The notes beneath the pieces were generated by a model. The model was not told where the DNA came from. It did no database searches and was given only the letters and a program-made list of their open reading frames with translations. From assembly GCA_008632985.1 (NCBI GenBank), contig QPGO01000004.1, positions 496,001 to 560,000 on the forward strand: DNA of 64,000 nt, given 5' to 3'. The position numbers and the translations under genes were made by a program. The number at the start of each line of letters is the position of its first letter. Within the stretch, counting starts at the first letter, position 1. This stretch comes from Psammoneis japonica. Its lineage: Eukaryota. Positions 12,254-24,200 of the stretch are shown piece after piece.

Positions 12254-15200
12254 TTAGCTGTGCACTCGCGCCTTGGCGAGCTTGACAATCTTCTTCAACT
12301 CGCTTGTTGGTACAAGATAACATCTATGGCGGTCGGTCGGATCAGCTCGACTGAGGATTCCAATCACTCTGCCTTGTTCATTAAAACAAGGTCCTCCACT
12401 GTGACCACTTATGGTGGGGCAAATGACAACAATCTCTTCGCGAGGAGTAAACCAGCGGTTCGGAGCCAACTTGAGCGACTCTGAACTAGACAATGAAGTG
12501 GTATCTGGAATATCGTCGAGCGCCGCCTTGAACTTTTTGCAGACATAGCCTTTCGCAAGATCGACGCATCGGTTGACGTGCTTCCCCTTTTGTAGAATGC
12601 CTTCTCCACCCTGATTGAAGCCTACAATGCGCACCCTGTCTTCGAGTTCGCACTTGCGAGTCATCTTTAGATGCTGAAGGCTTTCGCCCTTAAAAGTCTC
12701 CGCGCCGTCGTGGAAAGGGATAATCTTTTCGTCGGCACAACCCTCGCCATCTCCGCCAACGTCGTTTTCAAACTTCGAGACAATGTTGAGCACGCAAGCG
12801 TCCATGTTGTGGACGTCGTGCGACACGATTTCGGCAAAATACCGAAACACGGCAGTCTCTTCACCCTTGGGAATGACGCCGACAACAGCCTTGGCATCTT
12901 TCAAACCCCAATACGGGCAACCGAAATCACCTTCTTCAGACATATCAAATAGTACATGAGCAGCCGTAACGACCAGGCCATGCTTAGAGTCGGCAACAAA
13001 GCCGGATCCAACATTGCGGATTTTCTTGCTTTCCGCATCCCAGAGACCAACCACAACAACTCCGCCAAGCAGACTAGATACCGGCGTTGAAACACAAGGA
13101 GGCATGCCATATTGATGGCGATGACTGGGCTGAGGAGCTCGACATGCACCGCACAACATGTTCGCATCTGCAAGGTGACCTCGAATGCACCGAATGTTGG
13201 GGTTGCCGCACTCTACCGCAGAGCGTACGCAATCCCAAGACCAGTTGGTCGCTTCCGTGTGGTGAGACTCCGCGAGACATTCTGGGCAAGCAATTTGCCT
13301 TTCTACATTGCCAGCCAAAAAGGACACCGAGGCCTTGATCGAATCGAGTACAAGGCCGTATCCGCCCTTCCACAACTTTCTTCCGTCGTGACCAGACTGT
13401 CCTTTGCCGGAAACGATGAGCTTCTTCACGCCACTTCCCATTGAGGTCGACGCAACGCAGTGGTGACTCTGTTGATCCGCGAGTGAAACAAATACTTCAA
13501 CGACGCTTTCTCGGATCTGACCACTCTCGGGATCTTCAAAGAAACATCCAATGTTGACAACCAATGAAGACTTCCAGCACATGATCTGATGGATCTTGAT
13601 TCGCCCTACAACTTGTGCCTCGTCTTCTTCTAATATCCTTGGCTCCAGATCTTGATCGAGAGGATACGACAAGGAACGATGGCACGCCTTTGGTCTTGAA
13701 TGGGTGCTGCTTTCAGAAAAGGCATACAAGTCTTCAAGCAGCGAGACGGTGATGCGCTCCATCATGTTCGGAGGTGCGCCATCGCGCAGCAGCCAAGAGT
13801 GACAAAGCGTTGTCATCCAACTTTGGCTTGACCTGTATGTCCACACATTGTGCGGTTCTGCCTGGGGAAGCATACCGGGAACAAGAAAGACCTCTTCGTT
13901 GCTGGATTCTCGTTCTGTTGGCATAGTCAACGGTACAAAGACACCGGAATGCACAAGCAAACGCTTGAGGAAACCAAACACATTCTCTGGAGACGTCGTT
14001 GACGAAACGTTAGCACTCTTATCAGCGGCTTCGCGCATAAAGTTCATAGATTGCCAAAGCATGGACGCATCACTGGAGCTCAGCACAGGGCAGTTGGAGT
14101 TGCTGCCGCCCAGCAAGGTGCGAGTGACATCTCCTTCCGTGTAGTGCTGACCACTGTATTCACATTGCATATTCATAAAGTTCCTCGTCTCAATAAGTTC
14201 ATTCTTCAAGTCATCGCACAGGATGCAGGAGAGCGCCGAGACGAGCCACTTTCGGCACAGCACAATGTAGTTGGTCAACAAGTCATTCTCGTCGTCGTTT
14301 CCAAAGTACAAGACTTCGCCAACGGTGGAAAGGAAGCGTAGGGACTCCAGAATCTCAGCGGTGGAACAGGTGACTCCTTCAGCCACCAAGTGATCCACAA
14401 GCACAACCTTGTGGTTGTCCTTTCGCAAACTACGAACAGCTTCCAAAACCTCTACTGTTCCTTTCGGAACCGGGGCACCAACGTGTCCAAAGACTTCCTG
14501 ATCGCGACCAGAGGTTGCAACATCAAGAATGGCGTTCTTGAGTTGATCCACACCTTCCTTCATATCGACACGAAGGACAGCAGAGTCATTCGCCAGCCTG
14601 GGAGGGTTACGGAGCGCTTGAATGTGCTCCATCAAGATGGCTTGCATCATGCTGCAACGACGTTGAGCTTCAAACTCGTCCATACCCTCAGGTAGAGTAG
14701 CCACAGGCAGAATCACAGCGTCACTTGTTGTGGCAGCAATTTGATCAACCCAGCAAAGGACACGGTCGTGAATGTCCACCTCGAGCGCACCGTCGGCTTG
14801 ACGATTGAGTCTCTCAAGAAGAAAATCATCGGCAACTTCATCCTCGTCTTCAGATTCGTCTTCTGGGATGCGTCGGTACGCAAGCGGGTTGCCACCCGCC
14901 ATATCCCACACCAGTACATACAGTGAATTCTCGGAAAAGAAGATGGACTGGGTGGCTGGATGCATACCGGCAGTCGCCTTGTCGTTCACGTCCCATACAC
15001 TGATTCGAACTTGCTTTTTGAAAGATGCACCATCGTCTCGATGCTCGACCGTCTTAGTTGTAAAGGCGTTGACGTCAACACCCAAAAGTGTGGATCGTCG
15101 TCTCTTTCTGCTGACACTCCCCTTACGGAGTGCTCGTGCCAACGTCGACTTGCCTGTATGGGGAGCTCCAACCATGACAACCTTGAGAGTATCATTGTAC

Positions 15201-16330
15201 ACGTCCTCGTCGGACGAAGAAGCCTTGCTAAGAGGAGCATGCTGAGGACCCTCGACCGGGTCCGACGCAATGGTTGCCACGCTCGATTCAAGGTCCGTCG
15301 AATATTCTTCATCTTCTTCTTGCAACTGTACAGCACCGGTCGTTAGATAGCTGTCAATCTTGTCAACCTTTTCGGGTGGTCCCCAAGTCAACTCGTCCAC
15401 CTTGTCATCTAATTCAATGTATGCATCAGCAGAAGTGCAAGCCGGCAATAGACCAGCCTCGAGCAATTGATCAGCGTTTCCAATGAGATGAGCCTCAGCA
15501 GTGGGTGGTGATGAGGGAGTGTATTCGTGGGCCAACGCCACCTCTTGTACAATTTGTTCTTGGTGCTGTTGTTGATGTTGATGCTGCTGTTGTTGTTGTA
15601 TCGCGGATATTTCTTCTTCTCCGCTCGTATTGATACGTCTTCTGCGCTTCTTTTTGTTTTTCTTGTTTTTTCGTTTTGCTGGAGCAGGTGTATCATATGT
15701 GAATTCTTCTTCTCCGTTCCGTGGAGAGGCTTTTCTCGACGTTCTCTTTCGAATCCATCTGCCAAATCGCTTCAGTTGTCTCGTTTTGCACGCTTTCTTC
15801 GCCAGCAACATGGCTTCAACTTCTTCTGGAGTCGGTGGAAGCGACGACGGTACCGCCACCAAATCACCGTCAATCAGCACAAAGTCGGCATCGTCAAACT
15901 CCGCGTCTCCATAACTGTCTGAAACTACTGAACGAAGCGTCGGAGCGTTGCTGTCGAGGGCAGCCGGGACTGCTGGCTCACTTCTTATACTCGTGACTGG
16001 AACAGCGGCGCTTGCAACGTTGTTGCTGCCGTCGGCTTGAATGGTTTCACCGGTAGGATATATATGTCCTACACTGGATCGCACCAGATTCGAAACAAAC
16101 GTGGCAACGGGATATGTGTATCCCTGTGAAACTTGACGTGCGGGAACGTCCGCGGAGGGAGCCTCATCGTTTTCTCCTTCATCTGATTCATTCAATACAA
16201 TCGCTGGAGCGACTGGTGGTTCTGTGGATGGTGGATAACTCCATTCTCTTAATAGCGTTGGTGTCTCTATTGTTGTTGCAACGTCGGTAGACTCCGGAGC
16301 TGCAGCAGCGGCAACACTCGTCATGGTCAA
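12254..16330 (-). CDS. Roco-like protein: disordered N-terminus - ROC GTPase-like - COR - Cys/His cluster - trypsin-like serine protease
   Basis: ROC: KVVMVGAPHTGKST, ISVWD, ATQSIFFSENSLYVLVWD. COR: LRFLSTVGEVLYF, IVLCRKWL, FLVPGMLP. Cys/His cluster: CPEC...CIRGH...CGAC. Protease: GSGF, VTAAHV, DACVL, ISGHSGGP. Confidence 0.85.
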   Translation of the reverse strand: MTMTSVAAAAAPESTDVATTIETPTLLREWSYPPSTEPPVAPAIVLNESDEGENDEAPSADVPARQVSQGYTYPVATFVSNLVRSSVGHIYPTGETIQADGSNNVASAAVPVTSIRSEPAVPAALDSNAPTLRSVVSDSYGDAEFDDADFVLIDGDLVAVPSSLPPTPEEVEAMLLAKKACKTRQLKRFGRWIRKRTSRKASPRNGEEEFTYDTPAPAKRKNKKNKKKRRRRINTSGEEEISAIQQQQQHQHQQQHQEQIVQEVALAHEYTPSSPPTAEAHLIGNADQLLEAGLLPACTSADAYIELDDKVDELTWGPPEKVDKIDSYLTTGAVQLQEEDEEYSTDLESSVATIASDPVEGPQHAPLSKASSSDEDVYNDTLKVVMVGAPHTGKSTLARALRKGSVSRKRRRSTLLGVDVNAFTTKTVEHRDDGASFKKQVRISVWDVNDKATAGMHPATQSIFFSENSLYVLVWDMAGGNPLAYRRIPEDESEDEDEVADDFLLERLNRQADGALEVDIHDRVLCWVDQIAATTSDAVILPVATLPEGMDEFEAQRRCSMMQAILMEHIQALRNPPRLANDSAVLRVDMKEGVDQLKNAILDVATSGRDQEVFGHVGAPVPKGTVEVLEAVRSLRKDNHKVVLVDHLVAEGVTCSTAEILESLRFLSTVGEVLYFGNDDENDLLTNYIVLCRKWLVSALSCILCDDLKNELIETRNFMNMQCEYSGQHYTEGDVTRTLLGGSNSNCPVLSSSDASMLWQSMNFMREAADKSANVSSTTSPENVFGFLKRLLVHSGVFVPLTMPTERESSNEEVFLVPGMLPQAEPHNVWTYRSSQSWMTTLCHSWLLRDGAPPNMMERITVSLLEDLYAFSESSTHSRPKACHRSLSYPLDQDLEPRILEEDEAQVVGRIKIHQIMCWKSSLVVNIGCFFEDPESGQIRESVVEVFVSLADQQSHHCVASTSMGSGVKKLIVSGKGQSGHDGRKLWKGGYGLVLDSIKASVSFLAGNVERQIACPECLAESHHTEATNWSWDCVRSAVECGNPNIRCIRGHLADANMLCGACRAPQPSHRHQYGMPPCVSTPVSSLLGGVVVVGLWDAESKKIRNVGSGFVADSKHGLVVTAAHVLFDMSEEGDFGCPYWGLKDAKAVVGVIPKGEETAVFRYFAEIVSHDVHNMDACVLNIVSKFENDVGGDGEGCADEKIIPFHDGAETFKGESLQHLKMTRKCELEDRVRIVGFNQGGEGILQKGKHVNRCVDLAKGYVCKKFKAALDDIPDTTSLSSSESLKLAPNRWFTPREEIVVICPTISGHSGGPCFNEQGRVIGILSRADPTDRHRCYLVPTSELKKIVKLAKARVHS

Positions 16331-16987
16331 TTCTTGTTCTGGGCCTTTTTTCTGCCTTGTTTCGGTGTTTTAGAAAAATATATTCGATAAATAATGCACA
16401 GCGACGAAGTACGTTGTTTTCTACGTGGCTCTCGTATGTTCGGTTCTCACGTCGCTGAATTGACGCGTGTTGTGACTTCTTCTCTGTTCCGAAATCGTAT
16501 GTTAACCTTATCCGTACACGTAGAATATAGTCTCTTTGTACACAACGTCCTACATCAGTTTCATACTAATTCCTCCGTACACAAGCCAGCATGGAGAAAC
16601 ACGATTGAAAGTTACGGCGCGGACGAAGGAAGGGCGTTCCAGAATGCCTTTCTTTCTCTCCGCGAAGAAACAATTAACATCATATATTTACTCATTGTGG
16701 GATATGCGCATTTATGACAAGGCAATACGAATAAATGTTTCAAGACTGGTATCCATTTCTGTAGGATGGACGTAAACAGAGCGAGTCATTACTGCTTGAT
16801 GTATCAGGACGAGAATATAATCAATTTTCGAAACTCGTGACTGCAAAGAACCAGCTCGCTCGCTCGAACACACTCGAACTCATTCCCTGCAGTCTGTCAT
16901 CGCCGGTCAGATGAGAAATGAGAAACGAGAAACTGCTCACAAAATAAATCGTTTCTTGCTCACATTTTTCTTTTTGTCGCCGCCCCT

Positions 16988-19757
16988 TCATTCCAAATAG
17001 ACCACCAACACGCTCACATTATCCGTCGTACCCTTTTCGAGCGCTGAGCTGCAAAGCGCTTTGGCCGCATCACCGGGACTCATTCCGTTTCGTCTCTTGG
17101 AAATCACCTCCTTGCCAACCAATTCGTTGTCCATGACTTCAAACAATCCATCCGTCGCAAGGATCAAGCAACAATCAGACCTGTCCGCCAACAATTGTGA
17201 AAGTGGAACCTCGTCAACATCTGGGTCACTCACAATGCCCTTACTTGTTGCAAACGAGCCTTCCAACGATCGGCTCACGGCGTATTGATAATCCCCCACA
17301 GATAACCAATATTTGGATAGCGAGCATTGAGGCAACGAGTAACCCAGTCCCTCACTCCTGCCCTTTTCCAATCTTTGTGCCTCTGCATCACTGGAAGGAG
17401 AATGATCCGTTGTGGACCAACAACACACGCTCTTGCTGTCGCTTGATTTGCCCACTACGAGGGTTCGTGAATCACCGCAATTGAGAACAGACATGGTTTC
17501 GACAAACTCATGTGACGGTATTGTCAAGACGGATGCAGTGGTTCCCGCCGCAATGGTATCGGATCCAGTATTTGCCTTTAATGTGCCTTCTCGGGAATCG
17601 TATTCGGCAATACAAATGTCGGATTCCTTATCACAGCCGTCTCGATAGGCGTCGCAAGTTGTGGTCCAAGCGCCTTGAAGAGAATCAAGGCTACCGTCCG
17701 CAATAAGCGTGGGCATGACTTTGGACGCCATTTCTGATGCTGCTGTACCGGCGTGTCCGTCAAAGACACCCGCTACTAAAATGGGACGGTCTTTGTCATT
17801 TGCATTTTGTACTTCATGGAGGACTGTCGTTGTTGAGAGAACGCAAAGGATTGAGCAACAAGGAGAGCCAGATTTCGGTAACAAATCTCTCACTCAACAT
17901 CCTCTGTACTCACCAAAATTGTCTTCTTGCGTTTTCCGTCGACCCTTTGTGGACCAAGCACCTTGTTGCAAGACTCGTACTAAGTGAGGTGCTGCAGCAG
18001 TCGCTGGAGGTTTTGTGGATGGCTGTCGATCAAACTGGACCTTGACCGTCTTTGCTCTCGGTGGTTGTTGTTCCAACATACTCACCACCTTTTCAAACCC
18101 TCCTTGTGCCAGTGGCAACTCTCCAACGCCTTCGAGACGATCCCCAATTTCAAAAATATCCATTTGATCTGCCTGACCGTACTGAACGATTTCCTTGACA
18201 AAGACCTCTCCCTCCCTTGCATTCTTGGTTGCTTCTCGCCATTTGGCCAAGTCTTGTGGGTCCATATCATCCACATCCTCGTCGTCGGGTTCGGATAAAA
18301 CTAATCCCAGCGAGAGCTTTCTTTCAAAGGTGGCTACAAAATGCAACGGTCGAGCTGAAGGTGTAGTCTCAGCTTCTACAAACAAGGGAACATCGCACGT
18401 CTCCATAGCTGCAACAACGGATTCAAAGAAGGAACCGTCCACACTATCAACCTCCGTTTCTTGCTGCAGTACTTGCTCCAACACCTTTCTTGCCTTGCTC
18501 GATGAACATCGCCGTTCTGGATCAACGTGCAGCATGTTACGCAACAAGTTCCAAAGTCCCCGTCGCTCGCCCAAATACAAGAGAGCATCGTCCAACCCAT
18601 CGGGGCGGACTTTGGATGATAACTCACGGGACAGCCACGTGTCCAAATCATAATTCGCATCAATCAATTGTTGATGAAAGCCAGCGTCGGTGCGTTCGTC
18701 CAAGTAATTAAAGAGCAACTGACAAAAGACCAACCCCACAGAGTACACGTCAAAGTTGAGTGGTTCACTGTCGAGTATGATTCACGTTTGACGGTAGGCA
18801 GATCAAAGATAAGTAACAAGATGCTCTAACCAACAAGATGTGCGCAGGTGCCTACCTTTTTGGTTTGATGAAAACTTCAGGCGCCGAGTAAACGGGAGAG
18901 AGCGCTACCCTGTTTTCGTTTTCAATCCCTACAAAACGCTCGCCTCCAAACAGATTCTTCGATATGGGCTCCATGTCGGCCGCCGATCCAAAATCAAACA
19001 ACACGAGCCCTTGGTCGGCAGTTAGCAGGTTGGATGGTTTGAAATCTCGATGAACAATGGAAAGCGAGTGCGTAAAAACTAGGCAGTCAAGCATGGATTT
19101 CAGTAGCGTGTCCAAGGTTCGTCCCAATCCATCTTCGTCCTCTGCTGGTGGTAATCCCATTTCCTTTTCAATCATGTACAAGTGGTGATGGTTCTCTGAC
19201 GGATCGTGCTGATCGGTCCAGTCAAGTTTCATGACTTGATCCAACGTCAGAGCCGGTGATTCACTGCTTCTTTGTTTGATAACTTCAAATAGCATCCAAG
19301 AATGTTGATCAGAATCCTCCATGGTCCCTCTGTAAATTGGAACAAGCTCGGACGGCTCTTTAGCCATTTTCTCAAAACAATGTTTTTCCACGTCAAAGTA
19401 GTATTTGCACCGTTCTGCACGTTCCTTGGGATCAGAAGTGTGCTTTTGAATCACTTCATCGTTTTCATCCCAAGCTCGCTTGCAAATTAATGTCTCTCCA
19501 TCTACAGAACACAAATGCACCGTTCCATAACTCCCAGAACCAACTTCTTGACCAATTTCCAGTGTTGTGGTCGCGCTCGATGCCGCAGTCGCTTGGAGAA
19601 GAGTGTTTTGACAATGTCTCGATGGTTTAAGAAGTGCTGCTCTTTTCACGGAGAATGTGGTAGCCGTATATATCGACAAGGCAACAATCAACAGTCGCGA
19701 CACGTTCGTTGCGGTGCCAAGAACCGTCATGGTGGGATGAAGTTGCAACAAACGCAC
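16988..19757 (-). CDS. Spliced STN7/STN8-like Ser/Thr kinase - PDZ-like - PP2C phosphatase fusion with putative plastid presequence (~860 aa)
   Basis: Exons 19757(or 19730)-18856, 18767-17914 and 17823-16988, with frame-preserving GT-AG introns of 88 and 90 bp. Kinase motifs GSGSYG, ICK, HRDFKPSN, DFG, APE, DVYSVG. PP2C motifs GRRKTQED, FDGHAG, GTT, NCGDSR, DH, VSRSL, ATDGLF, GTTDNVS. Confidence 0.88.
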
Positions 19758-19912
19758 GACGACGCGATCTTTCCACTTCGACTTGTAGTCTGTCGAATCA
19801 TACGTGAAGTATGTTTTAGTTATCCACCCACGTATACAGACATAAATTTATCAAAAAAGATTTTGCGCTCGTTATTCGTTATTCTTCACGAAGAATCGAA
19901 AGGGATGATACA

Positions 19913-21159
19913 ATGAAGGAGTTGCTTTTGTTACTGTTGCTTCTCGTTGCCAATCATGGCGCTCATCCCTTTTGTACCACGTCGGTAGACTGTGCCATGA
20001 ATGGCGAGTGCGTGACTGCTGGGAAACGTGGCAAGAAGAAGTGCCGTTGTTTTCAAGGATGGAAGGGCAGAAACTGCGAAGAGCTCGATTTGTTGCCTGT
20101 CAAGGACGAACAAATGGGATTGAAGTTGCCAAATCGAACTTCTACGTGGGGCGGAGCCATTACCCATCATAACGGTACATGGCACATGTTTGCTTCCCAG
20201 CTGGTAAGCAAGTGCGGTCTGGAGTGTTGGACTAGCAACAGTCAGGTAGTTCGAGCCACTTCCAAACATTACCTGGGTCCCTACTCCATTCAAGATATAA
20301 TTCTTGAACCATTTGCCCACGAGCCAAGTATCCTGATAGCACCCACTGGAGAAATCGTCTTGTTGGTATTAGCCCAAGAGGGAGTCGAACCGAGAGATTG
20401 TACAGACAACCCTCCACCACTGCATAGTCCGCCATTGACTCGACCAACTCCGAGGAACACTTACATGATGTGGTCAAACCAACCAGAAGGCCCGTGGTCC
20501 GATCCAGTTTTAGTTTTCAACAGTACAATATGGAACTCAGATTATTGGTCGAGGTACAACGTAACCACCGAATGCGATTCTAATTTGAATGGAATCATTT
20601 TGCCCAACGGAACTTTGCTAGGTTTATGGAGACGTTGTGAAACACCAGACCTTCATACGATTCCTCATGTAATCGTGGCTAGCAACTGGAAAGATCCATC
20701 CACCTATCAACCGCGGACGGATCCAATCTTTGTACTGGGTGGGGCAGGCACAGAAGATCCTAGCAATATCTGGACAACAACGACCAAAGACATGGGTACA
20801 GCGTATCACGCGCTGTTTCATGACGAGCAATACACTCGGTGTATGGAACCCACCGGTTGTTCCGCCAACGGTCGACATGCCTTTTCCCTAAATGGTATCT
20901 CTTGGCGATATTCATCTGTGGATGCCTATGGGCAGACGTCAACTTTACAACCGCAACGGGCAAAAGCTACGTTCGACATGTGACTGGAGCGCGGGCTAGA
21001 CCTCATGTTGTTTTGAACGACAGAAACGAACCAGTCGCATTATCTACCGGCTTTCAACAACACCAGGAGTCAGGATATGTCTGGACATGTGTGCAAGAGT
21101 TGCGACAAAAGAAGGGTCTAGAAAATGACCAAGGGCTGCAACTAGAGAAACGTGGTTGA
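19913..21159 (+). CDS. Secreted EGF-like + beta-propeller glycoside hydrolase (GH43-like); one apparent frameshift near 20930
   Basis: Signal peptide; CxxxxDCxxNGxC...CxCxxGWxGxxC; STWGGAI, WHMFAS, GPYS, FAHEPSI, GPWS, EDP. The C-terminus (RARPHVV...LSTG) is in the next frame (ORF 20839-21159). Confidence 0.65.
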
Positions 21160-21297
21160 TGCTTTGAATAGCATCTGTTGTATATCTCAACCCGCTTCGT
21201 CAGACATGCGATGGAGTTCTTGTTTCGCGTTTTGCTACAGTCATTGGCTACCTTAGATCAGCTATCAAGCAAGCCATATATCGGTATGCGATAAGCG

Positions 21298-24200
21298 TCA
21301 CGGCAACGAATGCTGCCGGAAGAAACTCATTGTAGTTTCATTGTAATAAGGGTAATTCAACGGTACCTGATGGTCATTCTGCCCGGTACCGTAGTTGCTG
21401 TGAAGAACAAAAATGTTGGGCTCCTCGCAATCCACGTCGGTAAATGTGCCGAGTGTCCTGATAGTGTCCTTGTACGCTGAACCGGTCGCTCGCTGGCATC
21501 CGTTTATGCGAAACCACCAGTCACTTACATCACCAGTACCAGAGACACGCGAGTCGTACTGTCCTTTCATTGTTATCATCGGCACCGCCCGTTCACAGTC
21601 TTCGGGGACGATTGGCGGGTACAAGTTGTAATACCCTGGATAACCATCGAAAAAATGAGGGCTGTTGGACGCAACAGAAACGGACGCAGCAATTTTGTCC
21701 CCACGAGAACAGGAGAGAGCGCTTGTCATGTCGCCACCCCAGCTTTGTCCTGTGACAAAAACATGCTTAAGATTGATGCACAGGTCGTCCGACACATCAT
21801 CAAGGATATCGTCGAAGAAAATGAAGTCATCGTTGTCGTTCCTTTGCCCAGTCACCCAGCCTTCGACGGCATTCGAGCCCGTCCATCCCCACATTGGCCA
21901 ATCCCGACGCAGAGCATAGGGGTATACAAAAATGGCATTGTCTGCATAAGAAGTCTCTTCCAGCTCTAAATAACCTCTCATCCAGTCTCCCCTCCATCCA
22001 ATGCCATGATATCCAATCACCAGATCATAACTCTTGAACCGGTCGTAACTGGTAGGAACAGACAGATGGTAAGTCCGCGACACACCGCCCGATACAATAA
22101 CAGTGTCCCGCTGTCCTTCCGCCACAATTTTGCCGCACCCCGGTGAACTTGTACTTGGGCTTGAAGGACTTCTCGTAGGCGGCAAAGTAGGTTGAAGGTT
22201 AGGCTGTGGCAGTGGAGTGGGCGACGGCGACGGTACATTTCCCGTCGATCCGTTCAATTCGATGGAGACGTTGTCGACATACAAATCATTCCATTCATAT
22301 CCGCTACAAACGAAGCGAAGCCGAAAGTTACTTGTGAAGTACTGCGAGGGAATAGGCACAGAAAAGAGTTGCTCGGATTCACCAATCGCGCTCAGTCGAT
22401 CATAGTTTTGCCCATCTGAAGATACCTGCACTTCAGCTACTCCAGAGCTTGACAGAGAAGCTCTAGAGTCAAACGAAACAGAAGCCGAAATGGCACCTGC
22501 CAGGTTGGCTCCTCGATCCGACCACACCACCTGAAACCAACTCTTGCTCCCGAGTAAACGCAAACAGTCGCCCTCTTTACACCAGCCTGACATTGACTGA
22601 ACATATACTCCAACACTCGAATCACCAGTCCAACTGCCGGACCAGTCCAGGGATCCAATATTACCGTTGAATCCGGAGTCAAAGTTATCCGCGTAGTCAT
22701 TCGCCTGCGACAAACGAGGAGTGGGCGCAAGCGTCGGTGGATTCGTGGGGTCAGCTGTTGGCTGTGTCGCCGCAGACGAGGGTGCTGGTGTGGAGGTAGG
22801 TGGGGGTGGAGTGGGCGACGTAGTCGGTACATTTCCCGTCGAGCCGTTCAATTCGATGGAGACGTTGTCGACGTATAAATCATTCCAATCATATCCGCTG
22901 CAAACGAAGCGAAGCCGAAAGTTACTCGTGAAGTACTGCGAGGGAATAAGCAGAGAAAAGAGTTGCTCGGATTCACCAATTGTGCTCAGTTGATCATAGT
23001 TTTGCCCATCTGAAGATACCTGCACTTCAGCTACTCCAGAGCTTGACAGAGAAGCTCTAGAGTCAAACGAAACAGAAGCCGAAATGGCACTGGCCAGGTT
23101 GGCACCTCTATCCGACCACACCGCCTGAAACCAACTCTTGCTCCCGAGTAAACGCAAACAGTCGCCCTCTTTACACCAGCCTGACATTGACTGAACATAT
23201 ACTCCAACACTCGAATCACCAGTCCAACTGCCGGACCAGTGAAGGGATCCGATATTACCGTTGAATCCGGAGTCAAAGTTATCCGCGTAGTCATTCGCCT
23301 GCGACAAACGAGGAGTGGGCGCAAGCGTCGGTGGATTCGTGGGATCAGTTGTTGGCTGTGGCGTCGCAAACGAGGGTGCTGCTGTGGAGGTAGGAGTGGG
23401 TTCAACTCCGCTGCTTGTAACATCAATCCTAACGTCGTCAATGTACAAGTCATTCCAGTCATATCCTTGGACCATGAAGCGAAGCCGAAAGCCTGACGTG
23501 TAGAATTGAGATGGGATAATGAAGGTGCGGTATCCCTCGAGATTCGATCCTATATCCTCTAGATTCTCACCAATCTGCGACCAAGTTCCCGGTGCTCCAT
23601 CGCTTCCACTGACGTAAACCGAACCATGTCCATCCTCAAAGAAAGCTTGAAAATGAAATGATAGCGAAGCTTGAGTAGCTCCTTCCAAACTTGCACCACG
23701 GTCACTAAGCGCCGTCTCGTAGGAATTGTCTGAAACAATTAATCGGAGACAGTTTGCCGCCAAGCACCAACCCTGCATCGACTCAATTCGCACTCCCGGA
23801 CCTTGAGACCACGCATCTGCCCACATGTAGCTTCCGTCATTTCCTGTTTCGCCGGTACTGCCTTGACTCGAAGTGTCAAAATCATCTGCAAATGTTCCAT
23901 CAAGCATTGTTAACTTAGGCTGAATATCCTTTATTTCAACATTGTCCACAAAGAGACTTGTCCCCTCTGTAGCTCGGAAACGCACAGCAAACTCGGACGT
24001 CAAATAGGCTGATTCGATGTCAACAGATATTAGTCCGCTAGTGCCAACAGCAAGGGTAGCAACCTTGACCCATCCCAATGAACTCTTGAAGTGAACCTTG
24101 GCAGAACTTCCGGAACCAACCAGATGGTAGTCGAACGTGAGCTTGATGCTGCTGGACGAGGAGAAGCTGCTCAGGTCAGCTTTGCGCTTGGTAGTAGAGG

